IMG/VR virus record: IMGVR_UViG_3300032322_002195
Coordinates: 44,838-108,837 of that record
Direction: 5' to 3' (one strand)
Length of the DNA stretch: 64,000 bases
Source: a virus
Each line of letters starts with the position of its first letter. Within the stretch, counting starts at the first letter, position 1. Below the pieces are notes generated by a model. The model saw only the letters and a program-made list of their open reading frames with translations. It had not been told where the DNA came from and made no database searches. This document shows, one piece after another, positions 10,681 through 21,338 of the stretch. The position numbers and the translations under genes are program-made.

Positions 10681-12381
10681 TTACCACCATGTACCACCAC
10701 CAGCTAAACCTAATGATTTAGCATATCTTGGTAAACGACATGCCCAGTAGCCTGGAGATGTTCTATCAGTCTTTGAAGGACAGTTATGTCTATCAGAAAA
10801 AGCTTTTCTAGCTTTAGGGTCTCTTAATTTAACAGCCAAGTTACCACCACCAGATTTAGCACCGAAAGAAACTTTTTTAATGTTACCAGACTGAGGGTCT
10901 CTTACATAAACATAAAATTTCTTTGAACCACCTCTTTTAGGTTTACCTAGTTGAACTTTTTTACCTTTGTACTTGGCTTCATTTAAAGTTCTATTATTCT
11001 CATAATTTTTTAAATCGCCAATAACAACATGTTTACCGTTTTCAGCATTATATTTAACTATAAGCGTTTCATTCCCTTTATCATCATCACCTATAAAATA
11101 GTTTACATTATCATTGCTCAAACTAAAATATAAATTTCTACCATAATCGTCTTCTTCACCTGTCATTACTTTATCCCCAGACGCTGATTCGATAGCTGAT
11201 TTAATCCAGTCAAAACTCTCCTCAAACTCTTCATAAATAAAGTTCATTTTTATCTTCTTACCTTCAATTATGATATATTGATTATCAAATTCGTTAACAA
11301 TAAAACCATCATTCTCATTAAGTTTGATTAAACCTTTTGAATATAAAGCTTTAACTTCTTTAATTAAATTGAAAAATTTTTCAGAACCAATTCTATATAT
11401 CGTTTCATTCAAAGGTATTTCATTTTCAATATGGTATTTTAAATCATCTGAAATTGGTGTTTCTGTATGCAATTCCATTGGTGCCGACCATTCATCTTCT
11501 GAATCTACGTGATAATCGTTCAATCTACCCTCAATAAAGTGATAAACTTCTTCAACATCATCAGCTGAAGTCGCTATGTGGTCCAAAGCCCAACCATGTC
11601 CATCTGATAATAAAGCATCAACCTCATCATAATTCATTTTTAATAATTCACCAGCAGCGTGATGGATTGTTTTTAGATTTTGCCAAAACATGTAATTGTT
11701 TGATTCTCTTTCAATTGGATTGTGTGTTTTTTGATATTCAGCCTCTTCGCTACCTTCTGGCGCAAATATGCTTAATTTTTTAGGGTTTATTGTCATCATA
11801 TTTTCTTCAATCCCCTCTTCTCCACCAAAATCTAAATTTTCATCATCCGATGGCTCTTCTGCTGGTTGCTCATCATCCATAGGCTCTTCCGCTGGTTGTT
11901 CATCATCCATAGGCTCTTCTGCTGGTTGCTCAGATGACATATCATCATCTTTACCAGAAGATTTAACTTTATTAATAATGTCTTTTTGGTCTTCAGCATC
12001 CATTTCAGACGTATGGGTAGCTGATAATAACGAGTTAATTGCAAATTTTTCTAATTCAAAATCTGGTTGACCTTGTTCCTCATTATATTTTCTGAGTGAT
12101 TGACCTAACTTTCCAGTTAGTTGTTGGATAAATTTCTTTGGGTCTGATTCCTCGTCTGCCTCAACACCAGCATCAAATGGCTCATCATCAAATGGTTTAT
12201 CATTTGATTTAGGTTGCTCCATAGGGGCGCTATCAACAGATGCTGGCTCTTCAGCTGGGGCTTCAGCTGGGGCTTCAGCTGGTTCTTCAACTGAAGCCTC
12301 TACATCTGGTTGACTAGACGCTGGTAACTTTAATTTGTATTTTGTTTCTTCGTCTAAATTACTTTTTAGACTTTTTTTTTT
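10681..12381 (-). CDS. acidic modular probable head protein; frame is open 53 codons upstream of the first ATG (12222), back to the A10 run
   Basis: upstream in-frame KKKSLKSNLDEETKYKLKLPASSQPDVEASVEEPAEAP...; C-terminal basic module KKFYVYV...KVSFG...RHNC...GYWAC. Confidence 0.65.
   Translation of the reverse strand, partial: KKKSLKSNLDEETKYKLKLPASSQPDVEASVEEPAEAPAEAPAEEPASVDSAPMEQPKSNDKPFDDEPFDAGVEADEESDPKKFIQQLTGKLGQSLRKYNEEQGQPDFELEKFAINSLLSATHTSEMDAEDQKDIINKVKSSGKDDDMSSEQPAEEPMDDEQPAEEPMDDEQPAEEPSDDENLDFGGEEGIEENMMTINPKKLSIFAPEGSEEAEYQKTHNPIERESNNYMFWQNLKTIHHAAGELLKMNYDEVDALLSDGHGWALDHIATSADDVEEVYHFIEGRLNDYHVDSEDEWSAPMELHTETPISDDLKYHIENEIPLNETIYRIGSEKFFNLIKEVKALYSKGLIKLNENDGFIVNEFDNQYIIIEGKKIKMNFIYEEFEESFDWIKSAIESASGDKVMTGEEDDYGRNLYFSLSNDNVNYFIGDDDKGNETLIVKYNAENGKHVVIGDLKNYENNRTLNEAKYKGKKVQLGKPKRGGSKKFYVYVRDPQSGNIKKVSFGAKSGGGNLAVKLRDPKARKAFSDRHNCPSKTDRTSPGYWACRLPRYAKSLGLAGGGTWW
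11848..11931 (-). repeat. 30-bp coding tandem repeat x~3 (QPAEEPMDDE)
   Basis: GGCTCTTCYGCTGGTTGYTCATCATCCATA repeated on + strand. Confidence 0.8.
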
Positions 12382-13274
12382 ACTTCACCTTCGGTAAGTC
12401 TATCAATGATTGCGTCCATATTTTTAAGTGCGTTAAAAATACTTAGTTTGGATTCTTTAACCTCACTTTTTTTTGCACCAGCAATCTTATCAGCGTAAGT
12501 AATTTTGTCTTTTGGTTCAGCTAAAGCTGCAAATTCTTTTTCTTTTGCAGTCATTTCTTCGCCTTCTCCCATATCAATCATCTCATCAATAGCTTTTTCA
12601 GCTTCAGTCATTTCAACCTCATCCATATAAGCTTCTTCATACATAGATTCATACATAGATTCGTCCATTGCTTCATCCATCCCATTTTTTTTCTTAACGT
12701 CCATTACACATGCTTCATACTTGTCTTTGTTTTCTCTACCAACACTAGCTGTGCAAATAGCCCATGGATTATTTTTCTTTTTTGCCTCATCCATATACAT
12801 TTCATCCATAGGGGTGTTTTCTTCCAAATTTCCATGACCTGTAAACCCATTGCCTTTCATTTCAGAAAAACCACCAGCCATAGGCATGTTTTCAGTCAAA
12901 AGATTGTCATTTAAAAAAACATTTATTTCACCATCATAGTTATACGCTTCAGCAAGACTTCTGAACTTAAGATTCAAATGCTTTATAGCTTTTGCGTAAG
13001 AAGGATAAGCTTCTTGTTTTTTATTTTGTAAACCGCCAATATACTTGAAATCTTCAGCAACCAAATTTTTGATTTTATCAGATTTTTTAATATACCATTC
13101 GTGGTTTTCTCTTACAATAGCATAAGCATTCCCATCTGGTCCAACCTTTGTCAATTCCACTACGATATTAGATTTGTTTTCATTGATTGGTTTTATCCCC
13201 ATCAATTGTTTCATACGCTCATTTATTTCATGACCCTTTAACCCTATTGGATTAATTAGTATATTTTTTTTCAT
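12366..13274 (-). CDS. probable head/scaffold-like protein ending at a slippery A10 run
   Basis: many MDE/MYE/INE motifs; ends GTA AAA AAA AAA GTC TAA. Confidence 0.65.
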   Translation of the reverse strand: MKKNILINPIGLKGHEINERMKQLMGIKPINENKSNIVVELTKVGPDGNAYAIVRENHEWYIKKSDKIKNLVAEDFKYIGGLQNKKQEAYPSYAKAIKHLNLKFRSLAEAYNYDGEINVFLNDNLLTENMPMAGGFSEMKGNGFTGHGNLEENTPMDEMYMDEAKKKNNPWAICTASVGRENKDKYEACVMDVKKKNGMDEAMDESMYESMYEEAYMDEVEMTEAEKAIDEMIDMGEGEEMTAKEKEFAALAEPKDKITYADKIAGAKKSEVKESKLSIFNALKNMDAIIDRLTEGEVKKKV

Positions 13275-13331
13275 ATTTTTAAGTCTATTTTTATCTTTTA
13301 TTTTAAATAAATATCTTATCTTTTTTAAAAA

Positions 13332-13601
13332 TTATCTAACATCAGTGTCTCCATACCTATCAACAACAGAGCTTCCTTGATAAACATCATTTTTATCACC
13401 CAAAAGAAAACATCCAGTCCCACCACTTATACTTCTTACCAAGATTGATACTGTTGATGAAGCACCGACAGATACGCTGGTTCCGTTTACAACAACTGAG
13501 CACCCAGCATTTCCACCATATATCTCACTATATGTGTGTGCACTAAAAATAGGTGTTTGAGCAGGTACGATTATTGAATATACATTATTAAATTTTGGCA
13601 T
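13332..13601 (-). CDS. small beta-rich probable virion protein
   Basis: Ser/Gly/Val-rich 89 aa, ATATTTATA upstream. Confidence 0.55.
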   Translation of the reverse strand: MPKFNNVYSIIVPAQTPIFSAHTYSEIYGGNAGCSVVVNGTSVSVGASSTVSILVRSISGGTGCFLLGDKNDVYQGSSVVDRYGDTDVR

Positions 13602-13638
13602 ATTTAAAATATTTTCTTATAAATATCTGTAAAAATAA

Positions 13639-13663
13639 AAAAGCACCTAAATTAGGTGCTTTT
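13639..13663 (-). terminator. intrinsic terminator after thyA
   Basis: AAAAGCACCTAA-A-TTAGGTGCTTTT inverted repeat with T-run on minus strand. Confidence 0.65.
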
Positions 13664-13696
13664 AAAAAATATCATACAATTATTTTTACAAAATGT

Positions 13697-14932
13697 TTAA
13701 TTAGATAAAGGTAAATTTATTTTTGGGTGAGATTTATAATTTTCAAGGGTAAAATCTGTATTATCTAAATGTGTTATTAAACTTAAATCCTCAGTTAACG
13801 ATTTGAAAAAGGAATCCGTTTTACCAAAAATCAATTTTGGTAGTGGGTATGGTTCTCTAGTTCTTTTCGGAACGTTCAAATTATCAAATAAATCATGTGA
13901 CGGAAAAGTTACGTTTAATAAACGTTTAGTGTCTTTTTCGTTTATTTCATACATCCGTTCAATTCGCTCATCCAAAGTCAACTTCCTACCAATCTGTTCT
14001 TTTAACCCGTCTATATGATTTAAATATATATGACAATCACCTAAATTACCAATTAATTCGTCAGGAACCATGTTTACCATCTTCGCAATTATTTCTAATA
14101 GCAAACCATAACTAGCTATATTAAAAGGTAGACCAAGACCTGTATCCACTGAACGTTGATTCCACATTAAAGAGATTGCTCTAGTTGGAATTTCACAATC
14201 ATTCATTATTTTAATGTTCAAATCTTTTATATATGAATTTGTTTCAGTTCTAAAATTCTTAGTATTGGGTTTAAATATATCGCATCTTTCTTCATAACTC
14301 AACTCTCTTGTATAAAATTGAAAAAAGTTATGACAAGGTGGAAGTACGCATTGGTCTAATTCTCCAACATTCCAAGCTGATACAAGAAGTCTCCTAGAAT
14401 CTGGGTTTGTTTTAATTTCATTGATTAGGTTTGCGATTTGGTCTATCGAATATTCGTCATAGACTCCATTCACTTTTGTATTACTCTCGTAACCAGTCCA
14501 ATTTCTCCACTGCTTACCATAAATTGGACCTAATTCACCCCACTTTTTAGCAAACTCATCATCTGTTTTGATTTTGTTGATGAACTCTTCTTGAGATAAC
14601 GGATTGATATAAATAGGTCCTTCACCAATAGGTTTCCAATTATTAAACCAATTCTTATATGCGTCACCCACCCAAATAGTATTACCTTGTTCTAACAACC
14701 ATTTTAAATCAGTTCTACCTTGTAAAAACCAAAGCAACTCAGTTACTACTGATTTGAAATGAATTTTCTTGGTTGTAAGCAATGGAAAGCCATCTTTCAT
14801 AGAATGTCTTATCTGTCTACCGAATACAGATAGAGTGTCACCATTTCTTGTTTCTTTTTTAGTACCATTATCAAGAATGTCTTGACATAGTGCTAAATAA
14901 TCTTTATCTAATTTATTATTCATAACTTCCAT
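13697..14932 (-). CDS. thyA: thymidylate synthase ThyA with large insertions
   Basis: FPLLTTKK, ELLWF, LGPIYGKQWR, PDSRR, LPPCH, QRSVD.GLGLPFNIASY, GDCHIYLNH. Confidence 0.96.
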   Translation of the reverse strand: MEVMNNKLDKDYLALCQDILDNGTKKETRNGDTLSVFGRQIRHSMKDGFPLLTTKKIHFKSVVTELLWFLQGRTDLKWLLEQGNTIWVGDAYKNWFNNWKPIGEGPIYINPLSQEEFINKIKTDDEFAKKWGELGPIYGKQWRNWTGYESNTKVNGVYDEYSIDQIANLINEIKTNPDSRRLLVSAWNVGELDQCVLPPCHNFFQFYTRELSYEERCDIFKPNTKNFRTETNSYIKDLNIKIMNDCEIPTRAISLMWNQRSVDTGLGLPFNIASYGLLLEIIAKMVNMVPDELIGNLGDCHIYLNHIDGLKEQIGRKLTLDERIERMYEINEKDTKRLLNVTFPSHDLFDNLNVPKRTREPYPLPKLIFGKTDSFFKSLTEDLSLITHLDNTDFTLENYKSHPKINLPLSN

Positions 14933-14963
14933 AATTTATTTTATTTTTATTTGTTTATTTATT

Positions 14964-15170
14964 TTAATAACTGTTAAGTTTTAATAGTTCGTCTTTCTCA
15001 TATGATATTTCAAATTCTCTATAATTGGCACAATCATCTATTGAATTTAATTGATAAAGATAATAATCATTTGTGTATACTGTGATTGAAATTATAATTT
15101 TAGGATTCTGTTCTTTATCGGTTTTGATATAAACATTGTCACCTATATTATATTTTGTATTAATTTTCAT
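14964..15170 (-). CDS. small hypothetical protein (KYNIGD N-terminus)
   Basis: 68-aa ORF coupled to neighbour. Confidence 0.55.
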   Translation of the reverse strand: MKINTKYNIGDNVYIKTDKEQNPKIIISITVYTNDYYLYQLNSIDDCANYREFEISYEKDELLKLNSY

Positions 15171-15570
15171 AACTTTCTATTGTTTTATCGTTGTATGTTA
15201 TTGTTATTAGTTTGGTTGGGGTTGTTGTGTAATATTCATTATCAAACTCAGGAGTATTGCTTTCATCATATTCCATTCCTGTCTCATAATTGTTTCCGAA
15301 CCAAAGTTTATACCTTTCTGAATACGTTAAATTTCTTTCTTCAATTTTTAATCCCCAACTTTCAGAGAATTCTTTATTGGTTTTGATTCGGTAGATGAAT
15401 TCTTCTTGAGTAAGAATAGTTAATGTTTCAGGATTACTAAACATCATATCAATATGAGGTTGTGAACCGATAATATCACCACATTCATAACCATCTTTAA
15501 TCTCAGATGCATTAAGCAAAAAATTATTGTAAACTTCGTGAATAATCTGATTGTATTTATCTTTATTCAT
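15160..15570 (-). CDS. non-catalytic protein resembling ThyA insertion segments
   Basis: LTQEEFIYRIKTNKEFSESWG vs ThyA LSQEEFINKIKTDDEFAKKWG. Confidence 0.65.
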   Translation of the reverse strand: MNKDKYNQIIHEVYNNFLLNASEIKDGYECGDIIGSQPHIDMMFSNPETLTILTQEEFIYRIKTNKEFSESWGLKIEERNLTYSERYKLWFGNNYETGMEYDESNTPEFDNEYYTTTPTKLITITYNDKTIESYEN

Positions 15571-15582
15571 AGTTTGCTACGG

Positions 15583-16062
15583 TTAATCGTTAGCAGATGT
15601 AGGCTCTGGGTTAGACGCTTTGTTGTATTCACCTATCCGAGCTTCAACTTTGTTCAACAAAGAAGCGTCAATTTTACCAGTTGAAATATAAGAACCAATC
15701 AATACGTTCATAGCCTCAAGCATTGTTTTGGTCTTAACTTCAGTTGAAACGCTATCCTCAGCTGCTTTCAATTCATCAACTTCTTTTAAGATTAAGGCCA
15801 AAGAAGCGTCACTTAATTTGTCAAGTTTTTCAAAAATTGTATATTTTTTCTTGATGTGAGCATTAAAAACCGACCCGTTGCTATCAGCGGTTTCAAATCT
15901 CATGTAATCACTCGATGCAACATCAGGATACTTGTACTGACCACCATTATTGAAGATAACTGTTAGTTCTTTTGTTGCAGTATCATAAACTGAACCGCAA
16001 ATAGTAGAAGACGAATACATCGCCTTAATTTTTCCGTTTTTTTCTTGTCTTTTAAGAATCAT
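15583..16062 (-). CDS. KTSC domain protein
   Basis: SSTI..SVYD....LTVIFNNGGQYKY.DV....Y..F..ADSNGS.FN.HIK..Y. Confidence 0.8.
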   Translation of the reverse strand: MILKRQEKNGKIKAMYSSSTICGSVYDTATKELTVIFNNGGQYKYPDVASSDYMRFETADSNGSVFNAHIKKKYTIFEKLDKLSDASLALILKEVDELKAAEDSVSTEVKTKTMLEAMNVLIGSYISTGKIDASLLNKVEARIGEYNKASNPEPTSAND

Positions 16063-16077
16063 TTTGTTTTAATTTAT

Positions 16078-16302
16078 TTATTGTGCATGTGTTTTGTAAG
16101 CTTCAATATCTTTTAATTGAAAAATTTTACCAGTGCTAGTCAACGAACCGTTTATTTCATCACGCTCGTCAACCACAACGATAATGTAATCACCAGTTAT
16201 CATAAGACCACAGTCATTAAAAGTTAACTTTATATTAGATAGATTATTTTTTTGACTTGCCTTAACAAGCAATTCAACTTTTCCAAATTTTGGGGCTGTC
16301 AT
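16078..16302 (-). CDS. hypothetical protein
   Basis: 74-aa ORF with TAtcTTTG promoter box at ~16318-16325. Confidence 0.55.
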   Translation of the reverse strand: MTAPKFGKVELLVKASQKNNLSNIKLTFNDCGLMITGDYIIVVVDERDEINGSLTSTGKIFQLKDIEAYKTHAQ

Positions 16303-16397
16303 TATTTACATTTTATACAAAGATACAAATATTTATTCATACAATCAAGTGTTGTAAGTTTAAAAATAATTTAGTATATTTGCCAAAAGCCGAACAG

Positions 16398-18896
16398 ATG
16401 AACAGAGATGTATATCCTAAAGTAAAGATTATTATTAACGAATCTATGAAAGAAGCTAAAACCTTCAATGATTCAAAAGTAAGACCAGAACATTTGGTTT
16501 TATCTATCTTAATGGATTATGATAATGAATGTGTTAAAGCGTTAAATTTTTTAAATGTAAATACATCAGAATTATATGATAGATTATCTGACCACCTTAA
16601 AAGAAGCGATATAAATCCTAGAATAAATGTATATTTAAAAAAAACCATTCCATTTTCAGATGAAACAAAAGTTATCATAAAATCTTTGGATGAAGAATGT
16701 GAAAAATTAAATGACAATATGATTGATACGATTCATATTATGTTGGCCATTTTGATTAAAAAAAATGAAATAAGTGAAATGTTAAATGAATTTTATGGTG
16801 TTACATATGATAGTTTTAAAAATGTTATAAAAAATATGAAAGAAGAATACAACAACGCATATGAAGGTGACGAAATAAATGATGAGAATGAATCATTCAA
16901 AAAGAAACCAAAGCAAAATGATAACAAAAGTAAAACCCCAGTTTTAGATAATTTCTGTAGAGACGTATCAAAGGCTGTTGAAAAGGGTGAAATAGACCCA
17001 GTTGTTGGGCGTACTGTTGAAATAAAACGTGTTTCACAAATTCTTTCTAGAAGAAAAAAGAACAACCCAATTTTGATTGGTGAACCAGGCGTAGGTAAAA
17101 CCGCTATTGTAGAAGGTCTGGCTCAATTAATAAAAGATGGTAACGCACCTAGAACACTAATTTATAAAAGAATTTTTACATTAGATTTGGCTTCATTGGT
17201 TGCTGGTACAAAATATCGTGGACAATTTGAAGAGAGGATGAAAGCCGTTTTGGAAGAATGCAAGGCCAACCCAGATATAATTCTTTTTATTGATGAATTA
17301 CACACTATTGTTGGTGCTGGAAATGCTTCTGGGTCATTAGACGCTTCAAACATATTCAAACCAGCTTTAGCACGTGGTGAAATACAAATTATTGGTGCTA
17401 CCACATTGGATGAATATAGAGAAAATATTGAAAAAGATGGTGCGCTTACCAGACGCTTTCAACAAGTATTGGTTGAAGAACCTACATTGGAAGAAACAAA
17501 AACCATTCTAATGAACATCAAAGAAAAATATGAGAAACACCATAAAGTAACTTATACTGAAGAAGCTATTGATGAATGTGTTAAACTATCAGCTAGATAT
17601 ATAATGGATAGGTCTATGCCAGATAAAGCAATTGATGTTTTGGATGAAGCTGGTGCAACAACAAATGTTGTTTTAGAAAAACCAGAAAAAATTAAAGAAT
17701 TAGAAATAAAGAAAAATCAAATTTTAGAAAAGAAAAAAGAAGTTGTCTTAAAACAAAAGTATGAAGAAGCTGCTAAGCTTAGGGATGATGAAAGGAAAAC
17801 TCTAGACCAACTTCAATTAGCTATGAATGAATGGAATGAGTCTTTAGATAAAAAAACAACTGTTGTTGGTGTTGAATTAATCTCTGAAGTTGTATCAATG
17901 ATGACAGGAATTCCTTTAACAAAGATTTCAATTCAAGAAAGCAAAAGATTGATTAATCTAGATAAAGAATTAACTGGTAAGATTATAGGTCAAGATGATG
18001 CTGTTATTAAAGTAGTTAAAGCAATTAAACGTAATAGAATTGGAATCAAAGATAAAAATAAACCTGTTGGAACCTACATTTTCCTTGGTCCCAGCGGGGT
18101 TGGTAAAACTTTATTAGCAAAATTGTTGGCTGAACATGTCTATGGGGATTCTGATGCTCTTATTAGAATGGATATGTCTGAATATATGGAAAAACATTCT
18201 GTTTCTAGAATGGTTGGAGCCCCTCCAGGTTACGTTGGTTATGAACAAGGTGGACAATTAACTGAAAAAGTTAGAAGAAAACCTCATTGTGTTATTCTAT
18301 TCGATGAAATTGAAAAAGCACATGAGGACGTATTCAACCTACTTCTTCAACTACTAGATGAAGGTCACTTGACTGATGGTTTGGGTAGAAAGATTAATTT
18401 TAAAAATGCTTTGATAATAATGACATCAAACATCGGTGTTAAAGAAGTAAACTCTTTTGGTAAAACTTTAGGTTTTGAAACGGCTGCTTCTATTGTCAAC
18501 GAAGAAAATAAAGCTCGTGATATCATTGAAAAAGCTTTGAAGAAAAAATTTAGACCAGAATTTTTAAACCGTATTGATGAAGCTATTATTTTCAGGGGTT
18601 TAACTGAAGAGGATATTCATAAAATAATTTATCTAGAAGTTGAAAGTTTAGAAAAAAGATTAAATGAATTGAATTTTAAACTTAAAATAAGTAACGAAGC
18701 TGTTGAATTTTTAGCAAAACAAGGATACGATGAAGCTTATGGTGCTAGACCCTTGGCCAGAGCAATACAACACTATGTAGAAGACGCTATTGCGGATGAA
18801 ATACTAAACGAAACAATAAAAGAAGGTGAAACAATTTCAATAGGTTTAGATAAAGAAAAAATAACGATAAAATCAATAAAATCAAAAACAAAATAA
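16398..18896 (+). CDS. clpC: ClpC-type AAA+ chaperone/protease ATPase subunit
   Basis: Clp N-domain, GEPGVGKT and GPSGVGKT Walker A motifs, UVR-like [23 protein letters not shown] ClpP-docking loop; start moved to ATG 16398 because a TAtaTTTG promoter lies just upstream. Confidence 0.92.
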   Translation: MNRDVYPKVKIIINESMKEAKTFNDSKVRPEHLVLSILMDYDNECVKALNFLNVNTSELYDRLSDHLKRSDINPRINVYLKKTIPFSDETKVIIKSLDEECEKLNDNMIDTIHIMLAILIKKNEISEMLNEFYGVTYDSFKNVIKNMKEEYNNAYEGDEINDENESFKKKPKQNDNKSKTPVLDNFCRDVSKAVEKGEIDPVVGRTVEIKRVSQILSRRKKNNPILIGEPGVGKTAIVEGLAQLIKDGNAPRTLIYKRIFTLDLASLVAGTKYRGQFEERMKAVLEECKANPDIILFIDELHTIVGAGNASGSLDASNIFKPALARGEIQIIGATTLDEYRENIEKDGALTRRFQQVLVEEPTLEETKTILMNIKEKYEKHHKVTYTEEAIDECVKLSARYIMDRSMPDKAIDVLDEAGATTNVVLEKPEKIKELEIKKNQILEKKKEVVLKQKYEEAAKLRDDERKTLDQLQLAMNEWNESLDKKTTVVGVELISEVVSMMTGIPLTKISIQESKRLINLDKELTGKIIGQDDAVIKVVKAIKRNRIGIKDKNKPVGTYIFLGPSGVGKTLLAKLLAEHVYGDSDALIRMDMSEYMEKHSVSRMVGAPPGYVGYEQGGQLTEKVRRKPHCVILFDEIEKAHEDVFNLLLQLLDEGHLTDGLGRKINFKNALIIMTSNIGVKEVNSFGKTLGFETAASIVNEENKARDIIEKALKKKFRPEFLNRIDEAIIFRGLTEEDIHKIIYLEVESLEKRLNELNFKLKISNEAVEFLAKQGYDEAYGARPLARAIQHYVEDAIADEILNETIKEGETISIGLDKEKITIKSIKSKTK

Positions 18897-18938
18897 TTAA
18901 GGGCCAGAATTTTCTGGCTCTTTTTTATATTTATTGAT

Positions 18939-19670
18939 ATGATTGAGGATATTCTAAAAGATAAGTATGGTAATTATTTAGTTGGCTTAGACATCTATGA
19001 AAATAGAGGTAGTCTTAGATTGTCTAGAATTATTATAAAACCAGAATATATGGGTAAAGGTATTGGTAGCAAAATTATGGAAGATTTGGTAGAGTATGCT
19101 GACAATAATAAAAAAATAATCGTTCTGACCCCATCAAGTGATTTTGGCGGTAATAAAAACCGTTTGATACAATTTTATAAACGTTTTGGTTTTAAACACA
19201 ACAAAGGCCACCATAAAAGTTTTGAATTTATGGACTCTATGATTAGATATCCAAATTTAAATGAAACTATGAAACCATTTATAAAAACTTTACTTAGAGA
19301 AAGTTTGATGACTAAAGAAGATTCTGTTATTAGACAAGTTGTTGATTTTGTTAATTTTTCTAAAGAATTCTTAGGTATTGACGATGATATTAAAGTTAAA
19401 TTGGCATTTGAAAGGACACCAGATTTAAAAACAACAGCTTATTACAGCACCAATGGTTTTGTGGTCGTATACGCAAAAGATAGAGCCATAATAGATGTTT
19501 GCCGTTCAATAGCTCATGAGCTAGTTCATCATAAACAAAACTTGGATGGGAGACTTAGAGATGCTGCTCGTGATGGTGAAGACGGTTCACCAATAGAAAA
19601 TGAGGCAAACGCTATTTCTGGTATTATAATTAGAAAATACGGTAGACTTAATCCAGAGATTTATGTGTAA
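18939..19670 (+). CDS. GNAT acetyltransferase fused to HExxH zincin-like domain
   Basis: YMGKGIGS acetyl-CoA motif, FYKRFGF; IAHELVHHKQ...ENEANA. Confidence 0.75.
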   Translation: MIEDILKDKYGNYLVGLDIYENRGSLRLSRIIIKPEYMGKGIGSKIMEDLVEYADNNKKIIVLTPSSDFGGNKNRLIQFYKRFGFKHNKGHHKSFEFMDSMIRYPNLNETMKPFIKTLLRESLMTKEDSVIRQVVDFVNFSKEFLGIDDDIKVKLAFERTPDLKTTAYYSTNGFVVVYAKDRAIIDVCRSIAHELVHHKQNLDGRLRDAARDGEDGSPIENEANAISGIIIRKYGRLNPEIYV

Positions 19671-20520
19671 CACAAAACAACTTTTACGAGAAGAACTTTA
19701 TTTACACAATAGAAAAAAACTATTGTCTGAACAATCTCTATTGATTATACAAGATGATTTTTACGTCAAAACAACATTAGGTATCGATAAATTCCTTTAT
19801 GAAAATAATTTATTTGAATACAAAAAATTAATAATTGAACAACAAATAATTATAGAATCAATGCTAGTTTCTATAAACAATTATTTAGGTAATATGGTTC
19901 AAAAAGGTAAAGAAAAATCTTTGCAGTTAATGAATGATATTAAAAATGTTAAAGATTTAGCAATATTATTTAAAAATATTTTACTGGACCCAAAATTGAT
20001 GGAAGAAGCTATTGAAAATGTTAAAAATGCTATTAATAATCAGTTGGATAGAATTAAATTGTTGATAGAAAAAGTTATTCAAGTTATTTCTGTAAATTTG
20101 GTTGGTTTTACAGATAAATTAAAAACTTTTTTAGATAATGTTTTAAAATATGGTAAAGAATTCCTTGATAAAAAAGGCTGGGTTGGCTTTATAATGGGGT
20201 TAGGATTAGCCGTGTTATTAACATGGGTTAATAAAAATTGGTTGGAAAAATTAGGGGGTGTAGTTTTGGACAAAACGATAGAGCAAATTAAAAACATTGA
20301 GTCAGTTATAAATATTTTCAATAGCTTAAAAGATTTGTCATCATACGTTGCCAGTAACTTAGGTATTGAAAACATCCTAAAATGGTTTATAAATTTTGGT
20401 ACTAAGACTCAATTAATTGGTGTAACGTTTTTAGCAGCTGAAATAATCAAAATAATTTACGATATTTTAGTCCCAACGGTTAGAGACGTAAAAACAAGAT
20501 TTAATTTGTCAAAAACTTAA
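19663..20520 (+). CDS. hypothetical helical/membrane protein
   Basis: 285 aa with hydrophobic GWVGFIMGLGLAVLLTWV. Confidence 0.55.
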   Translation: MCNTKQLLREELYLHNRKKLLSEQSLLIIQDDFYVKTTLGIDKFLYENNLFEYKKLIIEQQIIIESMLVSINNYLGNMVQKGKEKSLQLMNDIKNVKDLAILFKNILLDPKLMEEAIENVKNAINNQLDRIKLLIEKVIQVISVNLVGFTDKLKTFLDNVLKYGKEFLDKKGWVGFIMGLGLAVLLTWVNKNWLEKLGGVVLDKTIEQIKNIESVINIFNSLKDLSSYVASNLGIENILKWFINFGTKTQLIGVTFLAAEIIKIIYDILVPTVRDVKTRFNLSKT

Positions 20521-20699
20521 TAAACTGCTCATGTATAATAAAAAAACTATATTAGAATCTCTAAAAAGATTATTAGAAGCCAATAAAAATAAAGTTGATA
20601 TTGGTGATGAAATACATTTACCAGACCTTACGATGAAGAAAAAAGATTTATTAAAATATCTAAAAAATACTTATAACATAATTCTTAAAGAAGATTAAA

Positions 20700-21338
20700 A
20701 TGAACACAATTAAAGGTGGTAAAGCAGATAAAATGTCTGTTGAAAACATTGCAAATAAATTCAACGTATCTGTTGAAAAAGTTAAGGCACAAATTAAAAA
20801 AGGTGTTGAGATTGAAAAAGAACACACCAATGATAAAGAAAAAGCAACAGAAATAGCCATGGACCACGTATCTGAATTTCCAGATTACTACGATAGAATA
20901 GAAAAAATGGAAAAGGATGCTAAGAAAAAATGGGAAGTTAATGAATCAAAACTTATTATTAAGAGTTTATTAAAAGAAGGTCTTACTAGAAAAGAAATTA
21001 TTGATTTTTTCTTGGAATTAGGTTTTTTCTTGTCTTTAAATTTAGCAAAAGTTCAACAAGAGGCAAAAGATTCTAACTCATTAACCGAATTAAATCTAAT
21101 GATGCAAACTATTAGTAAACCATTGATAAACGGTAAAAATATTTTTGAGTTAAATAAAGAAATCAGTTCAATAGTTAATAACCCTAAAATGTTGTCGGCA
21201 CTATTAGGGCAAGTAAAAAATTTGATAGAATATGTTGAACCTAGAATAAAAAAATACGTTAAAGATAGTGATAAAAAAAATATATGGCTTAAAAAAATGG
21301 ATAATTTTAAAACCATATATTTGAATATAATTAAATAG
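20700..21338 (+). CDS. DUF5661-like domain protein
   Basis: KGVEIEKEHT...IAMDHVSEFPDYYDR motif. Confidence 0.65.
   Translation: MNTIKGGKADKMSVENIANKFNVSVEKVKAQIKKGVEIEKEHTNDKEKATEIAMDHVSEFPDYYDRIEKMEKDAKKKWEVNESKLIIKSLLKEGLTRKEIIDFFLELGFFLSLNLAKVQQEAKDSNSLTELNLMMQTISKPLINGKNIFELNKEISSIVNNPKMLSALLGQVKNLIEYVEPRIKKYVKDSDKKNIWLKKMDNFKTIYLNIIK

Noticed and set aside
4214-14932. Intein or intron in terL or thyA
   Set aside because: No C/S...HN splice motifs, LAGLIDADG blocks or frame interruptions; ThyA inserts are short and in frame
16290-16397. N-terminal extension of ClpC given by the ORF track
   Set aside because: TTG start overlaps the divergent gene and lies upstream of the TAtaTTTG promoter; ATG 16398 is more plausible. 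The same applies to several array ORFs whose track starts run into their promoter
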